Shown here: piece after piece, positions 29,890 through 47,200 of the stretch
How the letters are laid out: each line of letters opens with the position of its first letter
How positions within the stretch are numbered: position 1 is the first letter of the stretch
Assembly (NCBI RefSeq): GCF_009914755.1
Contig: NC_060947.1
DNA from: the human T2T-CHM13v2.0 reference genome, Homo sapiens
Strand: one strand, 5' to 3'
DNA length: 64,000 nucleotides
Notes under the pieces: model-generated
Databases searched by the model: none
What the model saw: only the letters and a program-made list of their open reading frames with translations
Told to the model about the DNA's origin: nothing
Made by a program: the position numbers and the translations under genes

Positions 29890-31850
29890 GTTTTTGCTTT
29901 TTTAAAAAATGTTTTTAGTTGTGAAATATAACATAGAAACAAAAAGGTATGTAGCCAGATTAACAAACTGCATAAAGCAAATGCTCGTGTAACCATCATC
30001 CAGATCAAGAAACATAACATTGCTAGCACCCCAGATACCACCCACATGTCCCTTCCTAATCACTATACCCCTGCTCCCCACTCCGGGAAGCCACTAGCCT
30101 GACTTTCCAGTAATCACTTGCTTATCTTCAGAGTTTTACCACTTAACTAGGGATACCTAAACACACTATAGCTTTGCCTATATTTTTGAACTTAATATAA
30201 GTGAGATCATACAGTATATATTCTTTTGTGCATGACTTCCTTTCATTGTTTGTGAGATTGAGACATGTTATTGATATAGAACCTTTCCATTACCTGAAAA
30301 AGCTTTCTCCTTCCCTTTTGCAGTCAAACTTCTCCTACCCCTGTCCTAGGCAAGTACTGATCTGCTTTCTGTCACTATAGGTAAGTCTTGCCTTTCGTAG
30401 AATTTCATATGAATATAATAATACAGTATGTACTCCTTTGTCCCTGGCTTCTTTTGTTCATCACAATTTTTTGACCTCATTAATGTTGTTGTATGCATCA
30501 GTAGTTTGTTTCTTTCCCATGTTGTGCAATATTCCATGTTGTGAAGATACTACAACTTGTTTACCCATCCATTCACCTATTGATACGCATTTGGGTTGTT
30601 TCAAGATTTTTACTATTACAGATGAAGCTGCTATGAACATTTCTATACAAGTCTCTCTGTGAATGTAAATTTTCTTTTCTCTTGGCTAATATTTAGTAAT
30701 GGAATTGCTAGGCTGTATAATTGGTATATGTTCAACTTTATTATAAATTGCCAGAGGATTTTTCAAAGTGATTATACCATTTTGCAGTTCCACAATGCAA
30801 CGTCTGAGATCTATTTGCCCCACATCATTAACAACACTGGATATTGTACAGCTTTTTAGTTTTTACCATTCTTGTGGGTATGAAGTGGCATCTCTTCGTG
30901 TTCAGTTTGAAATTTTGATTCTTGATATGATGAGTGATTTGGCATGGAAACCTGGATATTTCAGGTATTATGTTATGAGACTCTGGGTCTCATTTATACT
31001 TTAACATAGTTTATTCTAACACCAATGCAGCAGGGAAAGAGGGGAATAAATTTGTATATCCCTGATAACAAGTGACAGTGAATATATTGTCATGTGCTTG
31101 TTGGCCATTCATATATTTTCTTTTGTGAAGTGTCTGTTTTAATCATTTGCCCATTTTTAAATTGGGTTCCTGGTCTTGTTATTAAATTATAATTGTGATT
31201 TCTATATTCTTGATGTAAGTCCTTTCTCAGATCTATGGTTTGCAAATTTACCATTTCATTTTTTTTAGTGATTCAAAGAGCAAAATTTAATGAAATCCAT
31301 TGTATCATTTTTTCTTATATAGTTTATACTTTTTGTGTCCTATCAAGATTTTTGCCTCTTCCAAATTTGCAATTATTTTTCCTATTTTTTTCTTCTGAAT
31401 TTTTATAGTTTTAACTTTTATGTTTAGATTTATGAACCATCTCAAGTTAATATATGTATATGGTATGTAATAAGGGTTGAGGTTCATCTTCCCCAAATGA
31501 ATATTCAGTTGTAATTGCACCTTTTTTTTTTTAAGTCTATGTTATCACCCATTAAATCACTTTGACATCTTTGCTGAAAATCAATTGGTCATACATGTGT
31601 GAGGCTATTTCTGGACTTTCTAATTTTTTCCCATGATACATTTGTCTATCCTTATACCAATACTCTACTTCCCCAGTTGTTTAATCTTTATAACAATTAT
31701 TTAAGCCAGTCAATGTAACTCCTACAACTTTGCTCTTCTTTTTTAAAAACTTTTATTTGTAAACTGCCGTTTTTATATAGTTCTATGAATTTTAGCATAA
31801 GGGTAGATTGGTGTAACTACCACCAAAATCAGGATACAGAACAATCCAAT
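29890..31850 (-). mobile_element. Old L1M fragments (L1ME/MB/MC-like 3' parts)
   Basis: Several L1 3'-end motifs (gtaaccatcatccagatcaagaaac; attcacctattgatacgcatttgggttg) and the ORF2-like ORF 31305-31520 (-). Confidence 0.75.
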
Positions 31851-33020
31851 CTAGGGGTAGCCTATCAAGACAGAAGTATTTTAGGCAATGACTATACTGT
31901 TTTAGCCCAATGCCACAGGGGAAAACAAACAAACAAACAAACAAACAAACACTTTTGGCCTGACCACACTCACACCAGCAAAAGCTGAGTGGGAAAGCTA
32001 GAATTCTATCCTTGCCAGGCTGTAATGAGGCTCCAGTGTCAGAGAAGGCTGAGTAGGGAGTTAGGACTTTCATTCCCTCCATTCGGCAGCAAGGCATCTC
32101 CTCATCCCGTGATGCCAGTGGAGATCATTTGGGGAGCCTGGATTTATGTCCTCACAAGGCAGTAATGAGGCATTCCATAGACTCCTTGCTGAAATGGTGT
32201 CAGAGGAGGCCTACTGGAGATTCAGGGTCACCATCTTATGGTGGCAATGAGGCCACTGCACCCATATGTGGTGTCAGTGGAGGCAACATGAGGAACAGTA
32301 AAAAGGTAACAACTACCTCTTCCATCCAGGGAAGTATCATTGAAAGCCTACTAGGGATCTGGATCTCCCACCTCTATGCAGCAGTAACAAGGAGCATCAT
32401 CCTGCCTCAGGTGCCAACAGAAGTAATCTGAACTTTTGTCCCCATATGGCTATAAAGAGGTGACACTTCATTCCCTCTTCCCTTGCTGCATTGGTGTCAT
32501 AATAAATTATATTAAACAGAAGATATAAATGAGGCCTAAAGTCTCGTAACATAATACCCCAAATGTCAAGATATCCATACAAAATCACTCATCAAAGAAT
32601 GAACATTTCAAATGGAATAAAAAAAAAACAATTAGTTGATGCCCAACACCAGGATGACAGGGATATGGGAAGGATCTGACAAAAATCTAATGTACCCATT
32701 GTAAAAATAATGAGAAATTTCAATGATATTCAAACGTATTTGGAACAAATGAAACACACTTGGAACAAATGAAAAAATATAACATTTTAGCAAATAAATG
32801 GAAATAGAAAATATCAAGAAAAGCCAAGTGGATATTTTAGAGGCAAAAAATACAATAACCAAAATAAAGAGCTCAATAGATGGATTGAACAGGAAAATGA
32901 AGGGACAGAGGAATCAGTAAACTTGAAGTTGCAATAGATATTATCCAATCTTGGCCAATCAAGATATATAATCATTACACTTATTGTAGAAATACACTTT
33001 AAGATGAAGTATACTTTTTT

Positions 33021-36444
<3,424 letters not shown>

Positions 36445-37140
36445 TGAGAAAAGTGGGTTTTTTATACTGACATCTTTAAAAATTGTAAAATATTTCTCTT
36501 GTTCATCTGCTACCCATTCCCCCTACTAATTCTATAGAATTGATTATACACTAATTCTATAGAATTTATTATACCCTTAAGACTAAAAGTTTATAATAAA
36601 AATATAAAAGAAACCAATAATGTTTATTACTTCAAGTTTTAATAAATTAAGAAAATGCCAAATAAAAAGAAAAAAAAAGAGAGAAAACAGACTGAAAACA
36701 AATGAGCAGAGTGTAAAAGACCTGTGGGACAATAATAAAAAATGTAGTATTTGTGTCATAGGAGTTCCAGTAGGAGAGAAGAAAGAGGGTAGGCTGAAAA
36801 GGTACCTGAAGAAATAATGACGGAAAACCCTCCAAATTTTGCAAAAGACGTAAACCTACAAGAAGATGCACAAATTCCAAGCAGTATAAACCTAAAGAAA
36901 TCCATGCCAAGACATAAACTTCTGAAAACTGTAGACAAGGAAAGCATATTGAAAGCAGAAAGAGAGAAATGACAATTAGAATGACAACAGATTTCTCATA
37001 AGAAATCATGTAAGTCAGAAGGAAGTTGCATATTTTTCAAGTGCTGAAAGAACCAACAACCCAGAATACCCTAATGAGCAAAATTCTTCAAGAATGAAAA
37101 GAAAATCAAAACATTCACAGAAGAAAAATTTTTTAAAAAT

Positions 37141-37164
37141 TATATATATATATATATATATATA
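37141..37164. repeat. (TA)n microsatellite
   Basis: About 12 TA units are visible. Confidence 0.95.
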
Positions 37165-39001
37165 GCCCAGCAGGCCTACCCTAAAAGGGTGGCTAAAGGA
37201 AGTTCTCTAAACAGAGGGGAAATAATAAAGGAAGGAATCTTGGACATTAGCAAGGAAGAAGACACAATGGAAAGAGCAAAAATATAGATACATATAGTAG
37301 ACATTCCTTCTCTTGAGTTTTCCAAATTGATGGTTGAAGCAACAGTTATAACACTGTTTGATGTGATTCTAAATATATGTGGAAGAAATATTTTAGACAA
37401 TTACATTATAAATAGGGGAGGTTACGTGATGTAAAGGAAAGTAAGTTTTCTATACTTCACTCAAACTGGTGAACTGACACCAGTAAACTGTGATAAAATT
37501 ATGTATATATAATATCATACTTAAGACAACCACTAAAATAGCTATACAAAAAGACATATTCAGTGACACTATTTATGAAGCAGAATGGACGTTCAACATT
37601 ATTAGCCATCAGGAGAATGCAAATAAAAATCACATTGAGATATTGCTGCAAATCTGCCAGGATGGCTAAAAAAAAATTCATAAAACAGTGACAACAACAA
37701 GGCTGGGGAGGATGTGGTGAAACTGAATCACTCATACATTTTTAGTGAGAATGTTAAATGGCACAGCCATTCTGAAAAATAGTTTGGTAGTTTCCTAAGA
37801 AAGTAAACATACAACTATCATACAACTTACGTCCACATAAAACCTGCACATGAATGTAACTTTATTTGCAATAGCCTAAAATTGGAAATGGTCCAGGTGT
37901 CCTTCGATAGGTGAGTGGTTAAACAAACTGCAATACATCCATATCATGAAATACTACTCAGCAATAAAAGGGAAATTGTTGATTCACACAATAAACTGAA
38001 TGAATCTCCAGATAATCTAATTGAAAAATGTCTATCCCATTTATGATTGGCTTTTGATATGTATGATTTCATTTATACAAAGTTCTTTAAATGACAAAAT
38101 TATAGAAATGAACAGACTGGTAGTTACCAGGGTTAAAGAGGGGGTTGGGGAGAAGGTAAATAGATGTGGCTATAAAAGGGCAAAATGTGGTATGCTTGTG
38201 GTAATGGAAGTATTCTGTATCTTGACTGTATCAATGTCAATATCTTGGTTGTGATATTGTGCTATGGCTTTATAAGATGGTACCATTGAAGGAAACTGGG
38301 GAAGAGTGCACTGGATTTCTTTGTATAACTTCTTACAACTGCATGTGAATCTACAGTTACCTTTAAAAGTTTATCTTAAGATTTGAGTTATTTGTTGGAT
38401 GAGAGTTCTTATATATTATAGATACAAATCTTTTATCAGATATGTGATTTGCAAATATTTTCTCCCAATCTGTAGCTTTCTTTTTATTCTCTTGATAGTG
38501 TCTTTTGCAAAGCAAATTTTCAAAATCTTAATGTTCAGTTTACCATTCTTTTCTTTTATGCTCATGCTTTTGGTGTCATGTCTAAGAACTATTTGCTTAA
38601 CTTAGCGGTGAGGATTTTCTTTTTTGTTGTCCTTTAAACATTTTTATAGTTTTACATTTATGCCAATGTCTATACACTTTTTCAGATAATCTCTGAAACT
38701 TCAGTATGAGGTTTGAGGGTTAGGTTGAGGCACTTTTTAAATTGTGTTTTGTTTTTGCTTATGGATATCCAATTGCTCCAGCACCATTTGTTGAGACTAT
38801 TCTTTCTTCATTGAATTGCCTTTGCAACTTTGTTAAAAGCCAATTGACAATATTTGTATGGGCCTATTGCATAACTCTACTCTGTTCCATTGATGTATGT
38901 ATCTATCTGTCAGTATTTATTGTAACTTTGTGGTAAGTCTTGATTTAGGTTTACTTTGCTCTTGTTTTTCTAGATTTTAAGGTAGATGCTTAGATCATTG
39001 A

Positions 39002-39298
<297 letters not shown>

Positions 39299-39299
39299 C

Positions 39300-40100
39300 T
39301 TTTTTCTTTGTTTTTTTTTTCTTTTTATTTTTTATTACACTTTAAGTTTTAGGGTACATGTGCACAACGTGCAGGTTAGTTACATATGTATACATGTGCC
39401 ATGTTGGTGTGCTGCACCCAGTAACTCATCATTTAACATTAGGTATATCTCCAAATGCTATCCCTCCCCCCTCACCCCACCCCACAACAGGCCCGGGTGT
39501 GTGATGTTCCCCTTCCTGTGTCCATGTGTTCTCATTGTTCAATTCCCACCTATGAGTGAGAACATACGGTGTTTGGTTTTTTGTCCTTGCGATAGTTTGC
39601 TGAGAATGATGGTTTCCAGCTTCATCCAAGTCCCTACAAAGGACATGAACTCATCCTTTTTTATGGCTGCATGGTATTCCATGATGTATATGTGCCACAT
39701 TTTCTTAATCCAGTCTATCATTGTTGGACATTTGGGTTGGTTCCTAGTCTTTGCTATTGTGAATAGTGCCGCAATAAACATACATGTGCATGTGTCTTTA
39801 TAGCAGCATGATTTATAATCCTTTGGGTATATACCCAGTAATGGGATAGCAGGGTCAAATGGTATTTCTAGTTCTAGATCCCTGAGGAATCACCACACTG
39901 ACTTCCACAATGGTTGAACTAGTTTACAGTCCCACCAACAGTGTAAAAGTGTTCCTATTTCTCCACATCCTCTCCAGCACCTGTTGTTTCCTGACTTTTT
40001 AATGATCGCCATTCTAACTGGCATGAGATGGTATCTCATTGTGGTTTTGATTTGCATTTCTCTGATGGCCAGTGATGATGAGCATTTTTTCATGTGCCTG
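39300..40100 (-). mobile_element. 5'-truncated L1PA (PA3/PA4-like) 3' end
   Basis: Poly(T), L1PA 3'UTR and the ORF2 C-terminus ([16 protein letters not shown]). Confidence 0.93.
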
Positions 40101-40401
40101 TTTTCTAATATAAGCATTTAACATCATAACTTTTTCTCTAAGCACTACCTTAGTTGCATTCCACAAATTTCAATTACATTGACTTTTGAATGTTAAAATA
40201 ACCTTGAATTCCTGGAAATAGCCCACAGTCGTGATGTATTATCCTTTTCATGTATTACAGGATTCACTTTGCTCATGTATTGTTTAAGGATTTTTCCTGG
40301 TATGTTTATGAGGGATATTAGTCTAATTTTTTTCCTTTAGGTTGGCTTCTTCTGGTTTTGCTATCGGGATATTATTAGCTTTATAAAATAAAGTGAAAAT
40401 A

Positions 40402-40975
40402 TGTAGGAAAACATCTCTGCCACGTTCCACTGACAACTTTTCATGTGTTCACATAGGTCATGTAGGTAAGGCTTAACTATAGCCTGACCCGAGTCTTGTT
40501 AGCATAACCTATGATTCTTCCTGGAACAAAGAGATAAAAGAAGCCTAGTGAGAAGCTTCCATGAGACAGTTTCTCATTAACCTCCCTATTTTATGGGAAA
40601 CTTCCAAAACATGATTTCTCACCCATCTTTCTAGTTTCACTTGAGCACAAGACTTTCCACCTCACCCCTACTTAGTTTACATCTATAGGCTTCTGTGTAA
40701 GTGCATAAGTTTAGAGTTGGTTCCCCAGTAGCAGAGCAATTCATTGCCCATGCTGTCTGTCATCTGGCCGCTCTGGTTCATTGTTGTCCTGTCAGGTGAG
40801 GGACAGGAGGATTTGACACCATGTTGATCTCACTTTTGTTGTCTGTATAAGTAATAAACCATTTGAATCTATTTGGGCTTGTTGTCTCCTTATCAGACAA
40901 ATCTATGGAATTTTGGCAAGCCAACCTAGCAGCTGCCAATGTGCTGCTGCTTAGAGATTGCTTGACAGCTTGAGA
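40402..40975 (+). mobile_element. Probable solo LTR (ERVL/ERV1 class, family not assigned)
   Basis: About 570 bp of non-L1 sequence starting TGTAGG, with AATAAA at about 40853 and ending near ...gcttgaca. It interrupts L1M ORF2, which resumes at ggaagtgttcccctc. Confidence 0.65.
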
Positions 40976-42962
40976 AGGAAGTGTTCCCCTCTCTTCTTTT
41001 TTCCTGAAGGTATTTTCCTTAGTATCAGTGTTATTTCTTCCTTAAAATGTAATGGAATTCACCAATGAAGTCATCTGGCCCTGGAATTTCATTTGTGGGA
41101 AGGTTATTATTTACAAAGTCAATTTCCTTAGTAGCTGTAGCTATTCAGATTATCTGCTTTTTAAATCAGATTTGGTCATTTTTATCTTTCAAAGAATGTG
41201 TACATTTTACCTAAGCTATCAAATGTATTGCCATAAAACTGTTCATAGTATGCCCTTATTATCCTTTTAATGTGTATGTGTAGGATCTGTAGTGGTGTCC
41301 CCTCTTCCATTCCTAATGTCATAAATTTGTGGTCTTTGTTTCTTGATCACTCTAGCTAGAGAATTACCAGTTTTATGGATCTTTTCAATGTACTACTTTT
41401 GTTTTCATTTTTTTTCTAAATTATTTGTCTACCACTAATGCTTTCATTCATGTTTTGTTTGTCGATATCTGGCTTCCATTTCTGCTGTCTATTATTTCTT
41501 TCCTACAGTTTACTTTGAGTTTAACTTATTCTTCTTTTTCTGATTACTTAAGGTTGATGCTCAGACCACTGATTTTGACTTTCCTTATTTTCTAATATAA
41601 GTAGTTAAAGCTATAAATTTCCTTCTAAGGACTTCTTGCCACATCCCTCAAATTGTGATATGTTGTATTTTCATTATAATTCAGTGCAAAAATATTTTTA
41701 ATTTCCTTTGTGATTTCTTCTTTCACCTCAGATTATTTAGAAACATATTGTTTAATTTCCAAATACTTGGGTTATTTCTAGATATTTTATTGTTATTGAT
41801 TTCTGATTCATTTTCATCATGGATAGAGAATATATTCTGTAAGATTTCTTTTGAAATCCATAGTTTTTTCTTTGTCTCTGCATATGTTCCATTTTTGAGA
41901 CTGTTCCATGTACACTTGAAAAATGTTTATTCTGCCATTGTTGGTTGTAGTATTCTACAAATGTCAACTGGGTTAAGTTGTTTGATAATATCATTTAGAA
42001 ACTGTATATCATTACTAATTTTTTAGTTGCTCTATCAGTTATTGAGAAAAGAGATGTTAAAATTTTCAACTATGAGTCTGGATTTGTCTCTTTCCTCATT
42101 ATTTCTGTAATCTTTTGCTTCATGTATTTCGAAAACCTGTAATTAGGTACATATACCTTTATAATTGTTGTGTATTCCTGATGTAGTAATCCTTTTGTCT
42201 TTATGAAATATTCTTATTTATCTTTCACCATACTCTTTTCTTGAAGTCTGTTTTATCTGATGTAAATAGCCATGCCAGCTTTCTTATGATTACTGTTCAT
42301 ATGGTATTTCTTTTTCCTTTTATTTCCAGTTTGTGTCTTTATATTTAAAGTGTACATTATAGATAGCATACTGTTGAATCTTCTCTTTTAATCTGATCTG
42401 ACACTTTCTGTCTTTTAATTGAAGTGTTTATTTATACTTAATATGGGCATTGATATTATATTTAGGTGTACCATCTCAATATTTGTTTTTGACTTATTTT
42501 ATCTGTTCTTTGTTCCCATCTCTATTTGCTCTTTACCTGCTTCTTTTTGGTGAATAATTTTTTTAGTATTTTATTTCTTAGATATATCACTGTTTATGAC
42601 TTTTAGTGGTTTGTTTAGGGCTAAGAATATGCATCTTCAGCTTATTAATGTCTATTTAGAGTCAGTATTTTACCACTTCACACCTGACACTTTGCACTTT
42701 CTACTTCACACTTTCTAATTCTCACTTTATATGTGACATTTCTCACTTTATTATTACACCACGTAGCAATAATAAAGTGAGAAGTGCCACATATAAAGTG
42801 AGAATTATAAAAGATTTTTTATAAAATTATAAATCTTACAAAAGTACAATTCCATTTACCAGTCACACTGTATGCTTTATGTGATTTTTGTCATATTCTT
42901 TAAGTCTATATATGTTACAAATCTTATTTTATAAACCATATATTATTTTTCTGTAATCAGTT

Positions 42963-43784
42963 ATTTTATACCATAAGTTCTAGGGTACATGTGCAGAACA
43001 TGCAGGTTTGTTACATAGGTATACACCTGCCATGGTGGTTTGCTGCACCTATCAACCCATCATCTACGTTAGGTATTTCTCCTAATGCTATCCCTCCCCT
43101 AGCCCCCAACCCCCCGACAGGCCCCAATGTGTGATGTCCCCCTCACTGTGTCCATGTGTTCTCATTGTTTAACTCCCACTTACGAGTGAGAACATGTGGT
43201 GTTTGGTTTTCTGTTCCTGTGTTAGTTTGCTGAGAATGATGGTTTCCAGCTTCATCTATGTCCCTGCAAAGGATATGAACTCATCCTTTTTTATGGCTGC
43301 ATGGTATTCCATGGTGTATATGTGCCACATTTTCTTTATCCAGTCTATCATTGTTGGACATTTGGGTTGGTTCCAAGTCTTTGCCATTGTGAATAGTGCT
43401 GCAATAAACATATGTGTGCATGTGTCTTTATAGTAGCATGATTTATAATCCTTTGGGTATATACCCAGTAATGGGATTGCTGGGTCAAAAGGTATTTCTA
43501 GTTCTAGATCCTTGAGGAATTGCCACACTGTCTTCCACAATGGTTGAACTAATTTACACTCCCACCAACAGTGTAAAAGTGTTCCTATTTCTCTACATCC
43601 TCTCCAGCATCTGTTGTTTCCTGACTTTTTAATGATCACCATTCTCATTAGCCTGAGATGGTATCTCATTGTGGTTTTGATTTGCATTTCTCTAATGACC
43701 AGTGGTGATTAACTTTTTTTCATATGTTTCTTGGCTGCATAAATGTCTTCTTTTGAGAAGTGTCTGTTCATATCCTTTGCATTT
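42963..43784 (-). mobile_element. 5'-truncated L1PA7-like 3' end
   Basis: L1PA 3'UTR (ggtttgttacataggtatacac...) plus ORF2 C-terminus (43256-43687). TSD taatcagtt at 42954-42962 and 43785-43793. Confidence 0.92.
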
Positions 43785-44893
43785 TAATCAGTTTTAAGGG
43801 AATTATGAAAAGTAATATTTAGAAAACCAAGTTCCTTCATTATTACCTACTTATTTACCATTTACATTCTTTTAACTTCCTCCTGTTCTAAGTTTCTAAA
43901 TGTGGTACCATTTCCCTTTTAGTAGTGTAAGGCTACTGGCAATGAATTCTCTTATCATTTGTTTATCTAAAAATGTCTTTATTTCATCCTTGTTCTTGCA
44001 GGCTATTTTTATGGATATAGAATTCTGGGTTGACAGGATGATTATTTGTTTTTGTTTTGGCAGCACTTTAAAAATGTCTAATTCCACTGTCTGCCTGCTT
44101 GCTTTCTGATGAGAAGCCAGCCACCTTTTGTATCATTATTCCTGTGTATGTAATGTGTATCTTCTGGCTTTTTTCAAGATTTTCTGTTATTTTTGGTTTT
44201 CAGTTATTTGACTATTATGTGGCTAGGTATTGTTTTCATTGCATTTATTCTGCTTGGATTCATTGGGCTTCTTGGTTTTATAAGTCAAAGTTTTCATCAA
44301 ACTTGGAAAAAAAATCAGAGCCATTATTTCACACAATATTCTTCTGCCTCATCTTCACTCTTTTCTCCTTCTGAGACTATATAATTGCATACATAATGCA
44401 CTATTTGATGTCCCACAGGGCCCTGGGGTTTTGTTCAGTTTTTGAAGGTTTTTTTTTTTTTTCTGTTCTTCACATTTGATAAATTCTATTAACTTATCTT
44501 CAAGGTTACTGAGTCTATCTTCTGCCTTCTCAAGTTGCTATTAATTCCATCCAGTGAATTACTCATTTCAGTTATTGTTCTTTTCAGTTCTAGAGTTTCA
44601 CTTGGTTTTGAGGGGATACTTTTTATTTATCTGCTTAGATTCCCAATCTGTTCACTCATCAATAACATATTTGCCCTAATTCCTAGAATGTATTTTTCAT
44701 AGTTGCTTTGAAGTCTTTGCTAAAATCAACATCTGGACCATCTCAGTGTTGATTTCAATCGACTATGTCTCAATTTTGTGTTTTTTTTATTTTTAGCAAT
44801 ATTTTATTGTATACTTGACATTACAGATGATATCTTGCTTTGTCTGATTAAAGCCAAGACTCAGATATAGACTTGCAGGAGACTCCACATGGA

Positions 44894-45299
44894 TGCTTAT
44901 ATGTTGAATTGTATTTTCCCAAAATTTATGTGTTGAATTTTTAACCCTCAGTACTTCAAAATGTTTTCTTATTTGAAGATAGGATCTTTACAGAATTAAT
45001 CAAATTAAACTAAGGTCATTAGGAGGGGCCCTGGTCCAGTGTAACTGGAAGAGTTTGGGGCACAAAGATACACATCAAGGGAAGGCAATGTGAAAAGATA
45101 CAAGGAGGAGATGGCCAACTATAAGCCAAGAAGAGAGGCCTGGAACAGATCCTTTCATCACAGCTCTCAGAAAGAACCAACCCTGTCAGCATCCTGATTT
45201 TGAATTTTTAGTCTCCAGATCTGTGAGAGAATAAATTTCGGTTGTTGAAGCCACCCAGGTTTTGGTAGTTTGTTATGGAAGCCCTAGCAAACTAAGACA
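44894..45299 (+). mobile_element. MaLR solo LTR (MLT1B-like)
   Basis: tgttgaattgt...aagccaagaagagaggcctggaacagatcc...gaataaatttc...ccctagcaaactaagaca, with tgga on both flanks. Confidence 0.88.
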
Positions 45300-46734
45300 T
45301 GGACTTTTGGTGCTTCCTCCCATTTGTAGTTCTCCCATCTCGAGGACCACATCCCAAAGATCTAACCATTTTTTGCTTTTCCAAACTCTGATCTCTGCCT
45401 CTTAACCTCAGTAGTACCACTATGCACTGCTTGGATTCCAGCTCATTTCTGCACTTGGGAAATTTTCCCCATGCAGAGAACTGGAGCAATTGTGGTTTTC
45501 ATCCCTCGCTCTCAGGGATTCCAGACTTGTGTTATCTGTTGCCTAAAGCCTAGTGTCTAATTTCTAATGCCTGAAAGCAGTTGTCTTGTTGTTTACTGTG
45601 GGGGTGGGGGGGGGGATTCTCTGGCACCTGTTAATCTATTATTTCTGGAAGTGGAAGTTCACCATATTTTTCATCTGTAACCCCATAAATTTCTTCCACT
45701 ACTGTTGCATCATTTCAAAGTAAATCTCAAACATTATGTAATTTCATTCTAACTGCTTTTGATATTTTCTCTTTTATTTCGGCAGTTTTACTGTGATGTG
45801 CCTCTCAGTGTGGTTTTCTCTGAATTCGTCCTTCTTGAGGTTTGCAGGCCTCTTGACTCTGTGGTTTGATACCTTTTACCACTATAAAAAGTCCTTAACC
45901 ACTGGCTCTCAAAGTATTTCTTCTGCTCCTGTTTTCTCTCTCACTTAACTCTTCTCCTCCTATGCCAATTACACATTGATTAGATATTATATTCTTTATG
46001 CCCCTTACTCTCTCTTCCATGTTTCTTGTTAGTTTATCTTTGCATATTCTGGCTGTTTTATTCAGACCTATTTTCCAGTTTACTAATTCTTTATTTTACT
46101 ATATATTTTATGTTATTATACCTATCTAGTGAGTTTATTTTTTGGTTATTGTATTTTTCTGTTGTGAAATTTCCATTTGATTCTAATTTTTATTTTCTAT
46201 TACCTTTGACCAAGGAGGTCCCAGATGTTGCACTCACTTTTCTGATTATGTGTTCTTTTCTATCTTGCCCCCATAATCCTTATCTTTTCAGATCTTTGAC
46301 ATTCTAGAGAGAATATATTTTAATGTTTTGACTGGAATTTGTGTCTATTTTTAGTGGGAAAGCTAATCCCCCATTATCAAAAGTGAAAGCCTCAACTTTT
46401 CATCTTGATTTTCCCATCATGGTCAGGCAGCCATGAGCCAGGGATTCATCTAGCCTCCAGTATAGCCCTCATCACATTTCTTTTTCATTCTTCATTTATC
46501 ACTATAATGGGAAATATTTAAGTAAAGAAACAGAGTCCAATTTATTTCTACATCCTCAGCATGCAGCACAGTACCTGGCTCACAACAGATACTCAGGAAA
46601 TGCTTTTAGAATAAATGGAATACTTAGTCTGTGCTTCTTAGGAGAGAGAAGACTTATGTTGAACTCAAAGTATGGCTGGGCTGTGGAGAGAATCGGGAAA
46701 GATATATTCCAGAATCTCAACAAGGATTTATGGT

Positions 46735-47200
46735 CCTCTCAGAGTCCTAGTTGTAAGCAACAGAAACTAACTCTGAATTATTAAAGCAGAAAAAAAGGGT
46801 TTCTAGGAAGGGTACTGGGTAGCTCATAGAATTGCTGGGAGGCTTGAGAATCAGGTTTGGTTGCCATATGACCAGATTTACAGATAAAATCATATCACTG
46901 AGTTAGTCTGATAAGAGCAGCTCTGTTACACTACTGAGCAGTAGACCCTGTAGCTTGTTCGCCAACATTGCTATCACTGGCCTCTGATTCCCCTGGTATA
47001 GATGCTGCAGGACATGAGATTCTGTGCCATATTCTCTACTGACCCTGCTTCTCTTCATCATTAGCACTGACCCAAAACTGAATGGCCTGAGACTCAGCCA
47101 TGTACTGTGCTGTAGCTTAAAAAAGAAGCTGGGAAAGTGAGTAACTGGTGTTTTTTTCAGCTTTCTCAAACCTGGGAAGAGTGAAGATGGTGGGCAGTCA
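46735..47200 (-). mobile_element. Old MaLR LTR (MLT1K/L-like)
   Basis: gttgtaagcaacagaaactaactctg...gggtagctcatagaattgctgggaggct. Confidence 0.6.
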
